A stretch of 64,000 nucleotides of DNA from an uncultured Chloroflexia bacterium (GTDB lineage: Bacteria; Chloroflexota; Limnocylindria; Limnocylindrales; CSP1-4), in NCBI GenBank assembly GCA_963817245.1, contig CAWFNQ010000001.1, positions 1,916,136-1,980,135 of the forward strand. Direction: 5' to 3'. Shown here in pieces: positions 1 to 9,115 of the stretch; position 1 is the first letter of the stretch, and every line of letters begins with the position of its first letter. The position numbers were made by a program, and so were the translations under genes. The notes beneath the pieces are model-generated. The model searched no databases. It had not been told where the DNA came from and saw only the letters and a list, made by a program, of their open reading frames with translations.

Positions 1-26
1 GTCACGTACTGGGGTATCCTGCCCCG

Positions 27-1133
27 ATGCGGGCCAGTCGCCTCGTCAACCTGCTGCTCCTCCTGCAGACCCGTGGCGGGCAGACCGCGGCCGAGCTTGC
101 GCGCGAGCTCGAGGTCTCCGTCCGGACGATCCACCGTGACGTCGAGGCGCTGAGCGCCGCCGGCGTCCCGATCTACGCGGATCGCGGCCCACACGGCGGG
201 ATCCGGCTCGTCGATGGCTACCGGACGCGCCTGACCGGCATGACCGCGGACGAGGCCGAGGCCCTCTTCCTGTCCGGGCTGCCCGGTCCCGCCGCGGAGC
301 TCGGCCTGGGTACGGTCGTGACCGCGGCCCGCCTCAAGGTCCTCGCCGCGTTGCCACCGGAGCTGCGTTCCCGAGCCTCGCGGCTCGTCGAGCGCTTCCA
401 CCTCGATGCCGCCGGCTGGTTCCAGGCCAGCGAGCCGGTCCCCTGCCTCTCGGTCATCGCCGAGGCGGTGTGGGACGAGCGCCGGGTCCGGATCGAATAC
501 CAGCGGGGCAGCGGGGTCGCCGTGCGGCTCGTCGGCCCACTCGGGCTCGTGATCAAGGGAGGTGTCTGGTATCTCGTCGCCTCGGCCGAGGACCAGATCC
601 GTACGTACCGGGTCTCACGGATCGTCGCAGCGGTCGTCCTCGACGAGCGCGCGGAGCGCCCGCGCGACTTCGATCTTGCCTCCTACTGGACCGAATCGAG
701 CGCCGCCTACGAGGCGAGCCAGCCGCGCATCAAGGTCGATGTGCGAGTCCGACGGGATCGCGTCGGGCGGCTCTATGACGTCGTCGGCTTCGCGGTGGTC
801 GAGGCGGCCGAACGGCTCGAGGAACCCGACCCCGACTGGCTCCGGCTCCGTCTCGAGATGACCTGGCCCGAGGAGGTCCCCGGCCACATGCTCGCGATGG
901 GCTCGAGCATCGAGGTCCTCGCGCCGGTCGAGATCCGCGACCGCGTCATCGCGCGCGCCCGGCGGATCATCGACCTCTACGATCGCGATGGTCCCGAGAG
1001 CCTCGGGGCGGGCGAACACGTCACCGGCCGTGGGACCGGCGGGACCGCGCCCGGGGAGACCCGGTCCACGGCAGGCGACGTGCGGTCGACTGCGGAGACG
1101 GTCCGTTCGCCGGCATCGGCGACGGGGTCGTGA
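27..1133 (+). CDS. WYL-domain transcriptional regulator (YafY-like: HTH plus WYL)
   Basis: N-terminal DeoR/YafY-type HTH (LLLLLQTRGGQTAAELARELEVSVRTIHRDVEALSAAGVPIY) followed by a WYL-type ligand-binding region (VWYLVA). GC3-biased ORF. The low-complexity C-terminal tail may be over-extended. Confidence 0.75.
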   Translation: MRASRLVNLLLLLQTRGGQTAAELARELEVSVRTIHRDVEALSAAGVPIYADRGPHGGIRLVDGYRTRLTGMTADEAEALFLSGLPGPAAELGLGTVVTAARLKVLAALPPELRSRASRLVERFHLDAAGWFQASEPVPCLSVIAEAVWDERRVRIEYQRGSGVAVRLVGPLGLVIKGGVWYLVASAEDQIRTYRVSRIVAAVVLDERAERPRDFDLASYWTESSAAYEASQPRIKVDVRVRRDRVGRLYDVVGFAVVEAAERLEEPDPDWLRLRLEMTWPEEVPGHMLAMGSSIEVLAPVEIRDRVIARARRIIDLYDRDGPESLGAGEHVTGRGTGGTAPGETRSTAGDVRSTAETVRSPASATGS

Positions 1134-1377
1134 TGATGCGAGAGCTGTTCCCGGGCCGCGTCCAGGAGGCGGCGGTGATGCGCGTGCCGCTCGATGTCGC
1201 GCGCCCGCTCGGCGTGGATCGTGCGAGCGAATTCGAGATGGAGCATGGTCCTGCATCCTCGGCTGGTGGCGATCCGTCCGGTCGCGTCGGCGTACCCGTA
1301 TCATCCCAGGAGTTCATGCCAGAACTTGTCACCTATCGGCCCGTTTCGGACCGATCGGCGCCGTTCCAGGGCCGGCC

Positions 1378-1878
1378 GTGAACGGCGAGGTGATCGGCCG
1401 CAGTCGAGCCGAGCGATACGGCGACGTGGAGCGGCGGATCCTCCGCATCAGCAAGGTGATGGACGACCTCGTGACCGTGCCGGGCACCGGCGGCCGACGG
1501 TTCGGCGTCGACCCGATCCTTGGGCTCATCCCGGTCATCGGCGACGCGATCTCGGCGATCCCGGGCATCTACCTCATCGCCGAGGCCGCGCGCTTCCGCC
1601 TGCCGCCGGTCGTGCTCGCCCGGATGACGTTCAACACGATGGTCGATCTCGCCATCGGGATCATCCCGTTCGTCGGCGACATCTTCGACTTCTTCTCGAA
1701 GTCGAACGCGAAGAACCTGGCGCTCTTCCGCCGCTACGCCCTCGAGCCCGAGACGAGCACCGGCCCGCACCGCGCGTTCTTCGCCGGCCTGGCGCTGATC
1801 CTGATCGGCACGGTCTGGCTGACGATCTCGATCCTGAGCTGGTTCTTCGGCCTGTTGCTGCAGCCGCTCGGCCTGTAG
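1378..1878 (+). CDS. DUF4112-family small membrane protein
   Basis: Conserved DUF4112 core (VPGTGGRRFGVDPILGLIPVIGDAISAIPGIYLIAEAARFRLPPVVLARMTFNTMVDLAIGIIPFVGDIFDFFSKSNAKNLALFRRY) followed by a C-terminal TM helix. Start unresolved (GTG 1378 or ATG 1459); the upstream part of the track ORF is likely non-coding. Confidence 0.6.
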   Translation: MNGEVIGRSRAERYGDVERRILRISKVMDDLVTVPGTGGRRFGVDPILGLIPVIGDAISAIPGIYLIAEAARFRLPPVVLARMTFNTMVDLAIGIIPFVGDIFDFFSKSNAKNLALFRRYALEPETSTGPHRAFFAGLALILIGTVWLTISILSWFFGLLLQPLGL

Positions 1879-1889
1879 GCTCGGTCGCG

Positions 1890-1938
1890 CCGTCCTGACG
1901 GACGGACACAGAACGACCGCCAGGCCAGTGTTGGCCTG
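1890..1938 (+). terminator. Two tandem GC hairpins downstream of the DUF4112 gene (possible intrinsic terminator without U-tract)
   Basis: CCGTCC-tgac-GGACGG (1890-1905) and CAGGCCA-gtgt-TGGCCTG (1921-1938), 12 nt after the TAG stop at 1876-1878. Confidence 0.25.
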
Positions 1939-2263
1939 ACGGTCGGATTGTCTCGACGGACCACCGCATCGCTACGGTTGCCGGCTCCGCCGCCGCCCGG
2001 CATCCCGCCGGAGGGTCGACGCGCCGCCGGTCTCAGGTCTCGTTGATCGGCGGTCCGTGTTCGATGACCAGACGATAGGTGGCGGACAGCGGAGCGATAC
2101 CTGCCATCCGTCCTGTTCGGGCATGGACGTATGTCACCCCACCGTCCGTCGCGCTCGCGCGTCACGCGGCTGCGATGCCGCAAGCCAACCGGTCTGGTGC
2201 GGCCGCAGCCTCGAGTCCTTACGATGACCGGGTCCGCGCGCCCGCGCCCCAGAGGATCCCAGG

Positions 2264-3136
2264 ATGTCGTTCGACCCAGGCGCCCAGCTCGATCCCAGTC
2301 AGGTCAGCGATCGCCGCGGCATGGGTCGTGGCGGCCTGGCCATCGGCGGCGGCGGACTCGGCCTCGTGCTCCTGCTCGCCTACGCGCTCCTGGGCGGGAA
2401 CCCCAACGACCTCGCCCCGCTGCTCGAGCCCGGCGCCGTGACCGGTGCGGGTCCCGAGAGTTCGGCGCTGGCCACGGACTGCCATACGGGCCAGGACGCG
2501 AACACGCGTGAGGACTGCCGCATCCTCGGCTATGTGAACAGCATCCAGGCCTACTGGACCGACGAGTTCGCCCAGTCGTCGAGCACGCCATACGAGCCCG
2601 TCAAGACCGTGCTGTTCAGCGGGGCGACATCGAGCGCGTGCGGGACGGCGAGCGCCGCGAGCGGACCGTTCTACTGTCCCGTCGACCGGCTCGTCTACCT
2701 CGACGCCGGGTTCTTCGATGAACTCCGGACGCGGTTCGGGGCGACCGGGGGCTCGTTCGCCCAGGGTTATGTGATCGCCCACGAATACGGCCATCACGTC
2801 CAGGACCTGCTGGGCATCCTCGGCAGCAAGATCAGCAAGGGCGAGGGCGCGACCGGGGGCTCGGTCCGGACCGAGCTGCAGGCCGACTGCCTCGCCGGCG
2901 TCTGGGCCGATCACGCCGAGGCGGGGATCCTCGCGCCGCTCACGGCTGCCCAGATCGCCGACGGGCTCAACGCGGCCGCGGCCGTCGGCGATGACCGGAT
3001 CCAGCAAGCGGTCAACGGCGGCGTGAACCCCGACACCTGGACGCACGGGTCGTCGGACCAGCGCCAGAAGTGGTTCAAGATCGGCTACGCGAGCGGCGTC
3101 CCGAGCGACTGCGACACGTTCAGCGGCGGGATCTAG
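2264..3136 (+). CDS. Putative neutral zinc metallopeptidase (YpfJ/Zn_peptidase family)
   Basis: HExxH zinc motif (VIAHEYGHHVQD) and N-terminal TM/signal-anchor (GGLGLVLLLAYALLG). RBS GAGGAT upstream of the ATG. Confidence 0.8.
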   Translation: MSFDPGAQLDPSQVSDRRGMGRGGLAIGGGGLGLVLLLAYALLGGNPNDLAPLLEPGAVTGAGPESSALATDCHTGQDANTREDCRILGYVNSIQAYWTDEFAQSSSTPYEPVKTVLFSGATSSACGTASAASGPFYCPVDRLVYLDAGFFDELRTRFGATGGSFAQGYVIAHEYGHHVQDLLGILGSKISKGEGATGGSVRTELQADCLAGVWADHAEAGILAPLTAAQIADGLNAAAAVGDDRIQQAVNGGVNPDTWTHGSSDQRQKWFKIGYASGVPSDCDTFSGGI

Positions 3137-3163
3137 CCCGGTCGAGCCCGCGGATCCGAGTCG

Positions 3164-3826
3164 CTAGCCGAGGACCCCGGTCGGGTCGTCGAGGCGGCGA
3201 CCTGCGAGCTCGATCGCGTCGGCCGGGTCGGTGCCTCGGCGTGGCACCGCGATCTCGATGCGGATGTCGCCGGTGACGAGCGCGTCGTCGCCGTGGCCGC
3301 GATAGCCCCGTTCGATACGCGAGGCGAGGTGCGCCGCTTCGTCCTCGCCGGTCTCCGGGAGCAGGACGAGGAAGCGATCGGTGCGATCTCGCACGGCGCG
3401 GTCGGTCTCGCGGACCTCGCGCCCGAGCACTTCTGCCAGTCGCACGGCGAGTCCGTCGGGACCGGCCGTGGTGTCGTCATGGTCGAGCTCGATCACCAGG
3501 ATCGCCATCGCTCGACCGTAGCGCGCCGATCGGGCCGCCTCGTAGCGCAGGGTGCCGGCCCATTCACGGTCCGTGGCGAAGGCGATCGCCCGGCGCCGGT
3601 GATATCGGTGCGAGCGCGTCCGGCGGCGGCGGGCCGGCGGGCCCTCGAGGAATGCCTCGATCCGGTCCCCCGCCTCTTCGTCGTGGTGGTGGTCCGGGAG
3701 GGCGAACTTGGGCTGACGCCGCACGCGTGGATTCGACGTCGGCGGGGTCCGGGTCGGTGTCGCCGATGTCGGCGGCGGGGTGGCCGGCGACGACGGCAGG
3801 GTCGGCTCGTCGCGCGCGTCGGTCAT
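3164..3826 (-). CDS. Degenerate GGDEF-like domain protein (GGDEF motif replaced by RTDRF, likely catalytically inactive)
   Basis: C-terminal half aligns with the diguanylate-cyclase fold (RYGRAMAILVIELDH ... RTDRFLVLLPETGEDEAAHLASRIER ... GDIRIEIAVP). N-terminal 60 aa is Pro/Thr-rich low complexity. Confidence 0.45.
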   Translation of the reverse strand: MTDARDEPTLPSSPATPPPTSATPTRTPPTSNPRVRRQPKFALPDHHHDEEAGDRIEAFLEGPPARRRRTRSHRYHRRRAIAFATDREWAGTLRYEAARSARYGRAMAILVIELDHDDTTAGPDGLAVRLAEVLGREVRETDRAVRDRTDRFLVLLPETGEDEAAHLASRIERGYRGHGDDALVTGDIRIEIAVPRRGTDPADAIELAGRRLDDPTGVLG

Positions 3827-3883
3827 CGCGGCAAGGATACCGAGGCCGGCCGGGCTCGTCCCGGTCGCGGACCTCGGGTGGCG

Positions 3884-4807
3884 TCAGCCGGGAGCGCCGG
3901 CCCGGACGACCCCGCTCGCTGCCAGCCGGGCCTCGAAGCGCTGCGCGGCCTGGTCCAGCATCTCCAGGTGGGCGGCGAGCCGTTCTCGCGCGGCCTCGGC
4001 GGCCGCGTCAAGCCCCGTGAGCTCGAAGATCCCCCAGTGCTGGATGATCGGCAGCAGCACCTCGTCGCGGTGGATTCGCAGGTCGTAGATGCCGGCCTTC
4101 GCGATCTGGGCGGCCTTGCGCACGAAGTTCGGGATCGCGGCCCCGGGCATCTCGAAGGCGAGCACCTCGTCGACGATGGCCCGGACAGCCGCGGACGGGT
4201 CGAGCCGCAGGGCGGCGGCCAGGATGTCGCGGTAGAAGACCATGTGGAGGTTCTCGTCGGCGGCGATGCGGACCATGATCCGATCGGCGACCGGGTCGTC
4301 CGAGTAGCGGCCGGTGTTGCGGTGCGAGATCCGGGTCGCGAGCTCCTGGAACGTCACGTACGCGAGGCCGCGCAGGGTGTCGGGCGAGTCGTGCTCGTAT
4401 CCGCGCTGCAGCTGGCCCATCCGGCCGCGCTCGAGCAGCACCGGGTCGATGTTCCGGGTGACCGTCAGGTAGTCGCGCAGGACGATGGCGTGCCGGCCCT
4501 CCTCCGCGGTCCAGCGACCGACCCAGTTGATCCAGGCGCCGTCGCCCTTGCCGAACATCCCGTAGATGAGCCGGTGGTAGCTCGGGAGGTTGTCCTCGGT
4601 CAGGAGGCCGATCTCGAAGGCGGTCTGGGCGACACCGGTCAGCCGCGGCTGGTCGGGGGTCCAGGGCTCCTTGTCGAAGTCGCGTCCCAGGCGGTACGGG
4701 ATGTAGTCGTGGGGGAACCACTCCTGCGCCACCTTGGCGTGCCGGTCGTAGAGGCGCCCGGCCTCGGGCTCGAGCTCGTTGAGGAGCGCACGGTCGTCGT
4801 GGGTCAT
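3884..4807 (-). CDS. Acyl-ACP desaturase (soluble di-iron DesA1/DesA2-like fatty-acid desaturase)
   Basis: Two di-iron ExxH motifs (WTAEEGRHAIVL and IAADENLHMVFYRDIL). Length (307 aa) and overall pattern match actinobacterial stearoyl-ACP desaturases. Confidence 0.8.
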   Translation of the reverse strand: MTHDDRALLNELEPEAGRLYDRHAKVAQEWFPHDYIPYRLGRDFDKEPWTPDQPRLTGVAQTAFEIGLLTEDNLPSYHRLIYGMFGKGDGAWINWVGRWTAEEGRHAIVLRDYLTVTRNIDPVLLERGRMGQLQRGYEHDSPDTLRGLAYVTFQELATRISHRNTGRYSDDPVADRIMVRIAADENLHMVFYRDILAAALRLDPSAAVRAIVDEVLAFEMPGAAIPNFVRKAAQIAKAGIYDLRIHRDEVLLPIIQHWGIFELTGLDAAAEAARERLAAHLEMLDQAAQRFEARLAASGVVRAGAPG

Positions 4808-4899
4808 GGCGGCAGGCTACGACCCGCGCGCACGACCGCCGTGTGCGACCGGTGCGGACCTGCACGGGCCGTGCCGGGCGTCCGGTAGGCTTGCGCGCG

Positions 4900-5685
4900 A
4901 TGCGCACGGTGACGGCGACCCGATACGTGACGGCCCTGCGCGAGGGCGGCTCGCTGCCCGGGCTGGTGGAGGCCGACGACGACGGCCTCTATGTCGTGAA
5001 GTTCCGTGGCGCCGGCCAGGGCCCGCGGGCGCTCGTCGCGGAATGGATCGGCGGGGAACTGGCCCGGCTCGTCGGGCTGACCGTGCCGGACATCGTGGCC
5101 GTGGAACTGGACCCGGCACTCGGCGACGCCGAGGCACACCAGGAGATCCAGGATCTCGTGCGCGCGAGCGGGGGCCGCAACCTCGGGCTCGACTTCCTGC
5201 CCGGCGCATTGATGTTCAACCCGGCGACCGCGACCTCGCTCGCGGCGATGGACCCCGCGACCGCCGCGGGCATCGTCTGGCTCGACGGCCTCATCACCAA
5301 CCCCGACCGCAGCGTCCAGAACCCGAACATGCTCGTCTGGCACGGCCGGACGTGGCTCATCGACCACGGCGCCTCGCTGTACATCCACCACACCTGGCGC
5401 GAGCCGGAGGCCCATGCGCGTCGGCCGTTCGAACGGATCGCCGACCACGTGCTGCTGCCGATGGCTGGTTCGCTCGAGGAGGCCGACACGCGGCTCGCGC
5501 CACTGGTGGACCCAGAGGCCATCGCGGCCATCGTCGAGCAGGTCCCCGACGACTGGCTCCCGGCCGACGCGTTCGCGGGCGACGCCGCGACCCAGCGCGG
5601 CCGCTACGTGGCCTATCTCGAGCGACGACTGGCGCCGCCGCGCCCGTTCGTCGACGATGCGGAGCGTGCCCGTGCCGCCGCGTGA
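4900..5685 (+). CDS. HipA-like domain protein (kinase-fold, unknown substrate)
   Basis: Conserved block LPGLVEADDDGLYVVKFRGAGQGPRALVAEWIGGELARLVGLTVPDIVAVELD ... GLITNPDRSVQNPNMLVWHGRTWLIDHGASLY is typical of HipA_C-like proteins that are genetically paired with DUF3037. Start chosen at the internal ATG (MRTVTATRYV); track ORF begins at 4843. Confidence 0.5.
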   Translation: MRTVTATRYVTALREGGSLPGLVEADDDGLYVVKFRGAGQGPRALVAEWIGGELARLVGLTVPDIVAVELDPALGDAEAHQEIQDLVRASGGRNLGLDFLPGALMFNPATATSLAAMDPATAAGIVWLDGLITNPDRSVQNPNMLVWHGRTWLIDHGASLYIHHTWREPEAHARRPFERIADHVLLPMAGSLEEADTRLAPLVDPEAIAAIVEQVPDDWLPADAFAGDAATQRGRYVAYLERRLAPPRPFVDDAERARAAA

Positions 5686-6055
5686 CGTGTTCCAGTACTC
5701 GGTCGTACGGGTCGTGCCGCGCGTCGAGCGCGGCGAACAGCTGAACGTCGGCGTGATCCTGCTCTGCCGGCCGAAGCGGTTCCTCGGGGCGATCGTCGAG
5801 GTCGACGAGGACCGGCTGCGCGCGTTCGCGCCCGAGCTCGATCTCGCGTCGATCCGGCCGCACCTCGAGGCCATCGAGCGCATCGCGGCCGGCGACCCCG
5901 ATGCCGGACCGATCGCGCGGCTCGATGCGGCCGAGCGGTTCCACTGGCTGGTCTCACCGGCCAGCACGATCATCCAGCCGTCCGAGGTCCATACGGGCTT
6001 CTGCGAGGACCCGGCGGCCGAGCTCGAGGACCTCGTCGAGAAGCTCGTCCGCTAA
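5657..6055 (+). CDS. DUF3037-family protein (partner of the HipA-like protein)
   Basis: VFQYSVVRVVPRVERGEQLNVGVILLCRPKRFLGAIVEVDEDRLRAF block. Overlaps the HipA-like gene by 29 nt, consistent with translational coupling. Start uncertain (ATG 5657 or GTG 5666). Confidence 0.5.
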   Translation: MRSVPVPPRDVFQYSVVRVVPRVERGEQLNVGVILLCRPKRFLGAIVEVDEDRLRAFAPELDLASIRPHLEAIERIAAGDPDAGPIARLDAAERFHWLVSPASTIIQPSEVHTGFCEDPAAELEDLVEKLVR

Positions 6056-6432
6056 GCGGCGAGATCGTCGAAGGTGATCTCGATCATCGGCGAGTAGGCG
6101 GTCATGGACTCCGGGTCCTGGTTCCGCCAGGCGTTCGCGGTGATCCACTCGGCGATGCGGTGTCGCTCGGCCGGGTCGGTGATGACCCGGGCCGTCGCCG
6201 GCAGGTCCGCGGCGACCGCGCCCTTCAGATGGAAGGTCATGTGCGGGTCCGACTCGAGGTTCAGCAGCCAGGCGCGCGTGCGGTCCTGGCGGGGCATGCC
6301 GCTGATGTAGATGCGCCCGTCGATGACGTGGAACACGATCTCGATCCGGCGAGGGCGGCCGGACCGGCGGCCCGTGGTGGTGATGTCGATGGTGTGGCCG
6401 CGCGTCAGCGCGCGGTTGATGCGGTCATCCAT
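6052..6432 (-). CDS. Nitroreductase-family deazaflavin (F420)-dependent oxidoreductase (DUF385)
   Basis: TTTGRRSGRPRRIEIVFHVIDGRIYISGMP ... AWLLNLESDP ... ARVITDPAERHRI pattern of the DUF385/Ddn family. 126 aa. Confidence 0.65.
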   Translation of the reverse strand: MDDRINRALTRGHTIDITTTGRRSGRPRRIEIVFHVIDGRIYISGMPRQDRTRAWLLNLESDPHMTFHLKGAVAADLPATARVITDPAERHRIAEWITANAWRNQDPESMTAYSPMIEITFDDLAA

Positions 6433-6495
6433 GGTGACGAAGGTCGAACTCCTGCGATGCTCGCGCGACTCGGTGTAGTTGCGCGTGCAACCAGT

Positions 6496-7116
6496 CTAGC
6501 GCTTCGCCGCCGTCTTCGTCGAGCCGGGCTTCGCGCCCTTCGCGGCCGCCTGCGCCTTGAGCTCCGCCTTCCGCGCGCGCTTCCCCGCCTGGTAGGCCGC
6601 GAGTGACTCGGGAGAATCGACGTCGGCGAGGGTCGGGTGCTTGGGCAGGACCGCCTCCCAGCCCGGCGGCCGGACGCCGAACCGCTTGGTGAGGATCGCG
6701 ACCAGCGTCGAGGCCTTCATCGGGCCGATCCCCGGGAGGGCGAGCAGGCGCGCCTCGAGGTCCTTGCCGCTCGTCGCCTTGGCCCAGACCCGGCCGGCGT
6801 CGTCGCCGTAGTCGTCGGCGATCGCGCGGCACAGCTCCTGGACCCGCGCGGCCATCGCGCCCGGGAAGCGATGGATCGCCGGCGGCGTCCGGAACACGAC
6901 GTCGAGCTCGTCGGGCGGCATCGCGGCGATCCGCGCGGCGTCGAGATGCCCCAGGCGCCGGCGGATCTCCAGCGGGCCGCTGAACGCCTTCTGCACCGTC
7001 ACCTGCTGGTCGAGCTCGAAGCCGATCAGGAGCGCGAGCGGCTCGCTGGCCAGGTAGCGGTCCGCCTCGTCGTCGCCGGTGAACGGGAGTCGGTCGGTCG
7101 TGGTCATGGCCCGCAT
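6496..7116 (-). CDS. HhH-GPD superfamily base-excision DNA repair protein
   Basis: Helix-hairpin-helix motif LLALPGIGPMKASTLVAIL with an upstream conserved helical core, and a lysine-rich C-terminal tail. Confidence 0.65.
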   Translation of the reverse strand: MRAMTTTDRLPFTGDDEADRYLASEPLALLIGFELDQQVTVQKAFSGPLEIRRRLGHLDAARIAAMPPDELDVVFRTPPAIHRFPGAMAARVQELCRAIADDYGDDAGRVWAKATSGKDLEARLLALPGIGPMKASTLVAILTKRFGVRPPGWEAVLPKHPTLADVDSPESLAAYQAGKRARKAELKAQAAAKGAKPGSTKTAAKR

Positions 7117-7142
7117 GGTAGCCGCGCTGCTACCCTCCCGCG

Positions 7143-8378
7143 ATGCGCCGCCTGATCAACGTCCCCCATCTGCTCGACGTGACGGCCGGGCAGTGGGTCG
7201 ATGACCGACGACTGCTCCTCGCCGGCGATCGCATCGAGGCGGTGCTCGGGCCGGGGGAGATCGCCCCGGCCGATGCGACGCCGCTCGCCATCGAGGGCGA
7301 CTGGGTCATCCCCGGACTCATCGACGGGCACAGCCACCAGATCGGCGACCTCGAGTACGCGGGCATCCCCGCGGTCGACCGCTCCCCCGCACAGGAAGCG
7401 ATGAGCGGCGTCCGCAACGCCCGCGACACGCTCCGTGCGGGGTTCACGACCGTCCGCGACGTCGGGACGTTCTGGGCCTTCGTCGACGTCGCCCTGCGCG
7501 ATGCCATCGATGCCGGATGGACGCCGGGTCCGCGGATGCAGTGCGCCGGCGCCTACATCACCTGCCCCGGCGGGGGCGGCGAGGTGACCGGGGAAGCCCC
7601 GTCGATGGACCTCCCGATCGGGCTCCGGTTCGGCGTCGTCCGCGATCCTCGCGAGGTGCGCGAGCGCGTCCGCGCGCTGGTCGCGGGCGGGGCCGACGTC
7701 ATCAAGTGCATCGTCACCGGCGCCGTCCTCACCCGAGGGACGCGCCCCGGCGACGTCGAACTCGCCGAGCCGCTCGTCCGGGCCGCCGTCGAAGAGGCCG
7801 CGGCGCATGGCCGGTACGTGGCCGCCCATGCCCACGGCACCGAGGGCATCAAGGTCGCGATCCGGGCCGGCGTCCGCTCGATCGAGCACGGCTCGCTCAT
7901 CGACGACGAAGGGATCTCGATGCTCGCGGACTCCGGGACGTACCTGGTCGCCGACGTGTACGACGGCGACTGGATCGACACCGAGGGCCGCCGGGCGGGC
8001 TGGCCCGAGGAGACCCTGGCGAAGAACACCGCGACGACCCAGGCCCAGCGTGATGGCTTCGCCAAGGCGCTGGCGGCGGGCGTCCGCATCGCCTACGGCA
8101 CCGACAGCGGCGTCTACCCGCATCGGATGGTGGCGATCCAGCTCGGCTACCAGGTGCGGCTGGGGCAGACCCCGGTCGACGCGATCCGCTCGGCGACCCA
8201 GACGGCTGCCACGATGATGGGCTGGGAGGACCGAGTGGGAGCGCTGGCGCCCGGCCGGTTCGCCGATCTGGTCGCGCTGGACGCGGACCCGTTGGTCGAT
8301 ATCGAGGTCGTGCGCCGGCCGCGCGCCGTGCTCAAGGGTGGCACCGCGGTCGACCTGGGGCCGACGCCGGCCGACTGA
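7143..8378 (+). CDS. Amidohydrolase-family metal-dependent hydrolase
   Basis: N-terminal metal-binding HxH (GLIDGHSHQ) and later HAHG/ IEHG histidines plus a DSGxY aspartate block typical of the amidohydrolase TIM-barrel. 411 aa. Confidence 0.8.
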   Translation: MRRLINVPHLLDVTAGQWVDDRRLLLAGDRIEAVLGPGEIAPADATPLAIEGDWVIPGLIDGHSHQIGDLEYAGIPAVDRSPAQEAMSGVRNARDTLRAGFTTVRDVGTFWAFVDVALRDAIDAGWTPGPRMQCAGAYITCPGGGGEVTGEAPSMDLPIGLRFGVVRDPREVRERVRALVAGGADVIKCIVTGAVLTRGTRPGDVELAEPLVRAAVEEAAAHGRYVAAHAHGTEGIKVAIRAGVRSIEHGSLIDDEGISMLADSGTYLVADVYDGDWIDTEGRRAGWPEETLAKNTATTQAQRDGFAKALAAGVRIAYGTDSGVYPHRMVAIQLGYQVRLGQTPVDAIRSATQTAATMMGWEDRVGALAPGRFADLVALDADPLVDIEVVRRPRAVLKGGTAVDLGPTPAD

Positions 8379-8712
8379 ACCGGCGGGTTCGTCGGCTCGG
8401 CGGGTTGGCCGGCAGGCCCGCGACCTACCGGCCGGCCGAACGCGCTCTCGAAGGACCGAACGGCGCGGGGTCGATCGCCGAGCCGAGCGCCACGAGCCGG
8501 CGGCCCACGAGGCTGCGCACCCGGTGGACCGCGCCTGGGACGGCGGCGGGTTCGCCCTCGCCGTGGGCGGCGAGGGATGACAGGCGAGCCCGATCCCGCT
8601 CGTCGCGCAGCGCGGCGTGACGTTCGGCGGCGACTTCGCCTGGGAGGTCGAGTGCCGAACGCGTCGGCATCGGATCAAGGCAGGTCACGGTGTCTCCCTT
8701 CCTCCGCGGATC

Positions 8713-9115
8713 TCACTCGATCGCGATGCGAACGCCGCCACCCTCGTCATCGACCTGGACGAGTGGCCCCTTGAACCCCGTGGCCAGGGCGGCGCGGATG
8801 CGCTCGGTGGTCGCTTCGGACAACCCAGGGATGCTGTCGAGGGCCGCCCGGCCGAGGGCCAGTGGCACCCGCAGGTTGACGACGTCGCGACCGTCGCCGC
8901 TCACCTGGATGCGGATCGCGCGGGCGGGGGCGTCGTCGGAGGACGCCTTCGACGCCCCCGCCGTGGAGTGCCTGTTCGAAGCGCAGGACTGGATCGTCGT
9001 GCCGCTCGTCGGCGGATCGCATCTCGAGCGCGTCGAGGATCGGTCCCGCCTCCTCGGCGGTCAGTCGCCCTGCGGCAACGAGCCGGAGGAGCTGGTCGAG
9101 GGCGTCGTCAGGCAT
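8713..9115 (-). pseudogene. Small SHOCT-like helical motif plus beta-rich protein, apparently frameshifted (last gene of the DUF2089-DUF4097 operon)
   Basis: Strong SD (GAGGAGG, 7-nt spacer) before ATG 9115, overlapping the DUF4097 stop by 8 nt. N-terminal MPDDALDQLLRLVAAGRLTAEEAGPILDALE (frame 1) and plausible C-terminal ...IRIQVSGDGRDVVNLRVPLALGRAALDSIPGLSEATTERIRAALATGFKGPLVQVDDEGGGVRIAIE (another frame). The joint lies somewhere in about 8905-8970. Confidence 0.4.

Noticed and set aside
3293-4888. 531-aa plus-strand ORF across the desaturase region
   Set aside because: Antisense to the acyl-ACP desaturase, which has di-iron motifs and the correct length. Translation is Arg/Gly-rich without motifs.
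4804-5973. 389-aa minus-strand ORF opposite the HipA-like/DUF3037 genes
   Set aside because: Low-complexity Arg-rich translation; the sense-strand genes carry conserved family blocks.
7104-8678. 524-aa ORF antisense to the amidohydrolase gene
   Set aside because: Low-complexity Arg/Ala/Gly/Asp translation; the sense-strand amidohydrolase has clear catalytic motifs and GC3 bias.
8425-8688. 87-aa minus-strand ORF downstream of the small SHOCT gene
   Set aside because: Moderate GC3 bias and charged composition make it borderline, but there is no SD, no recognisable motif, and it sits in an intergenic spacer. Kept as unannotated.
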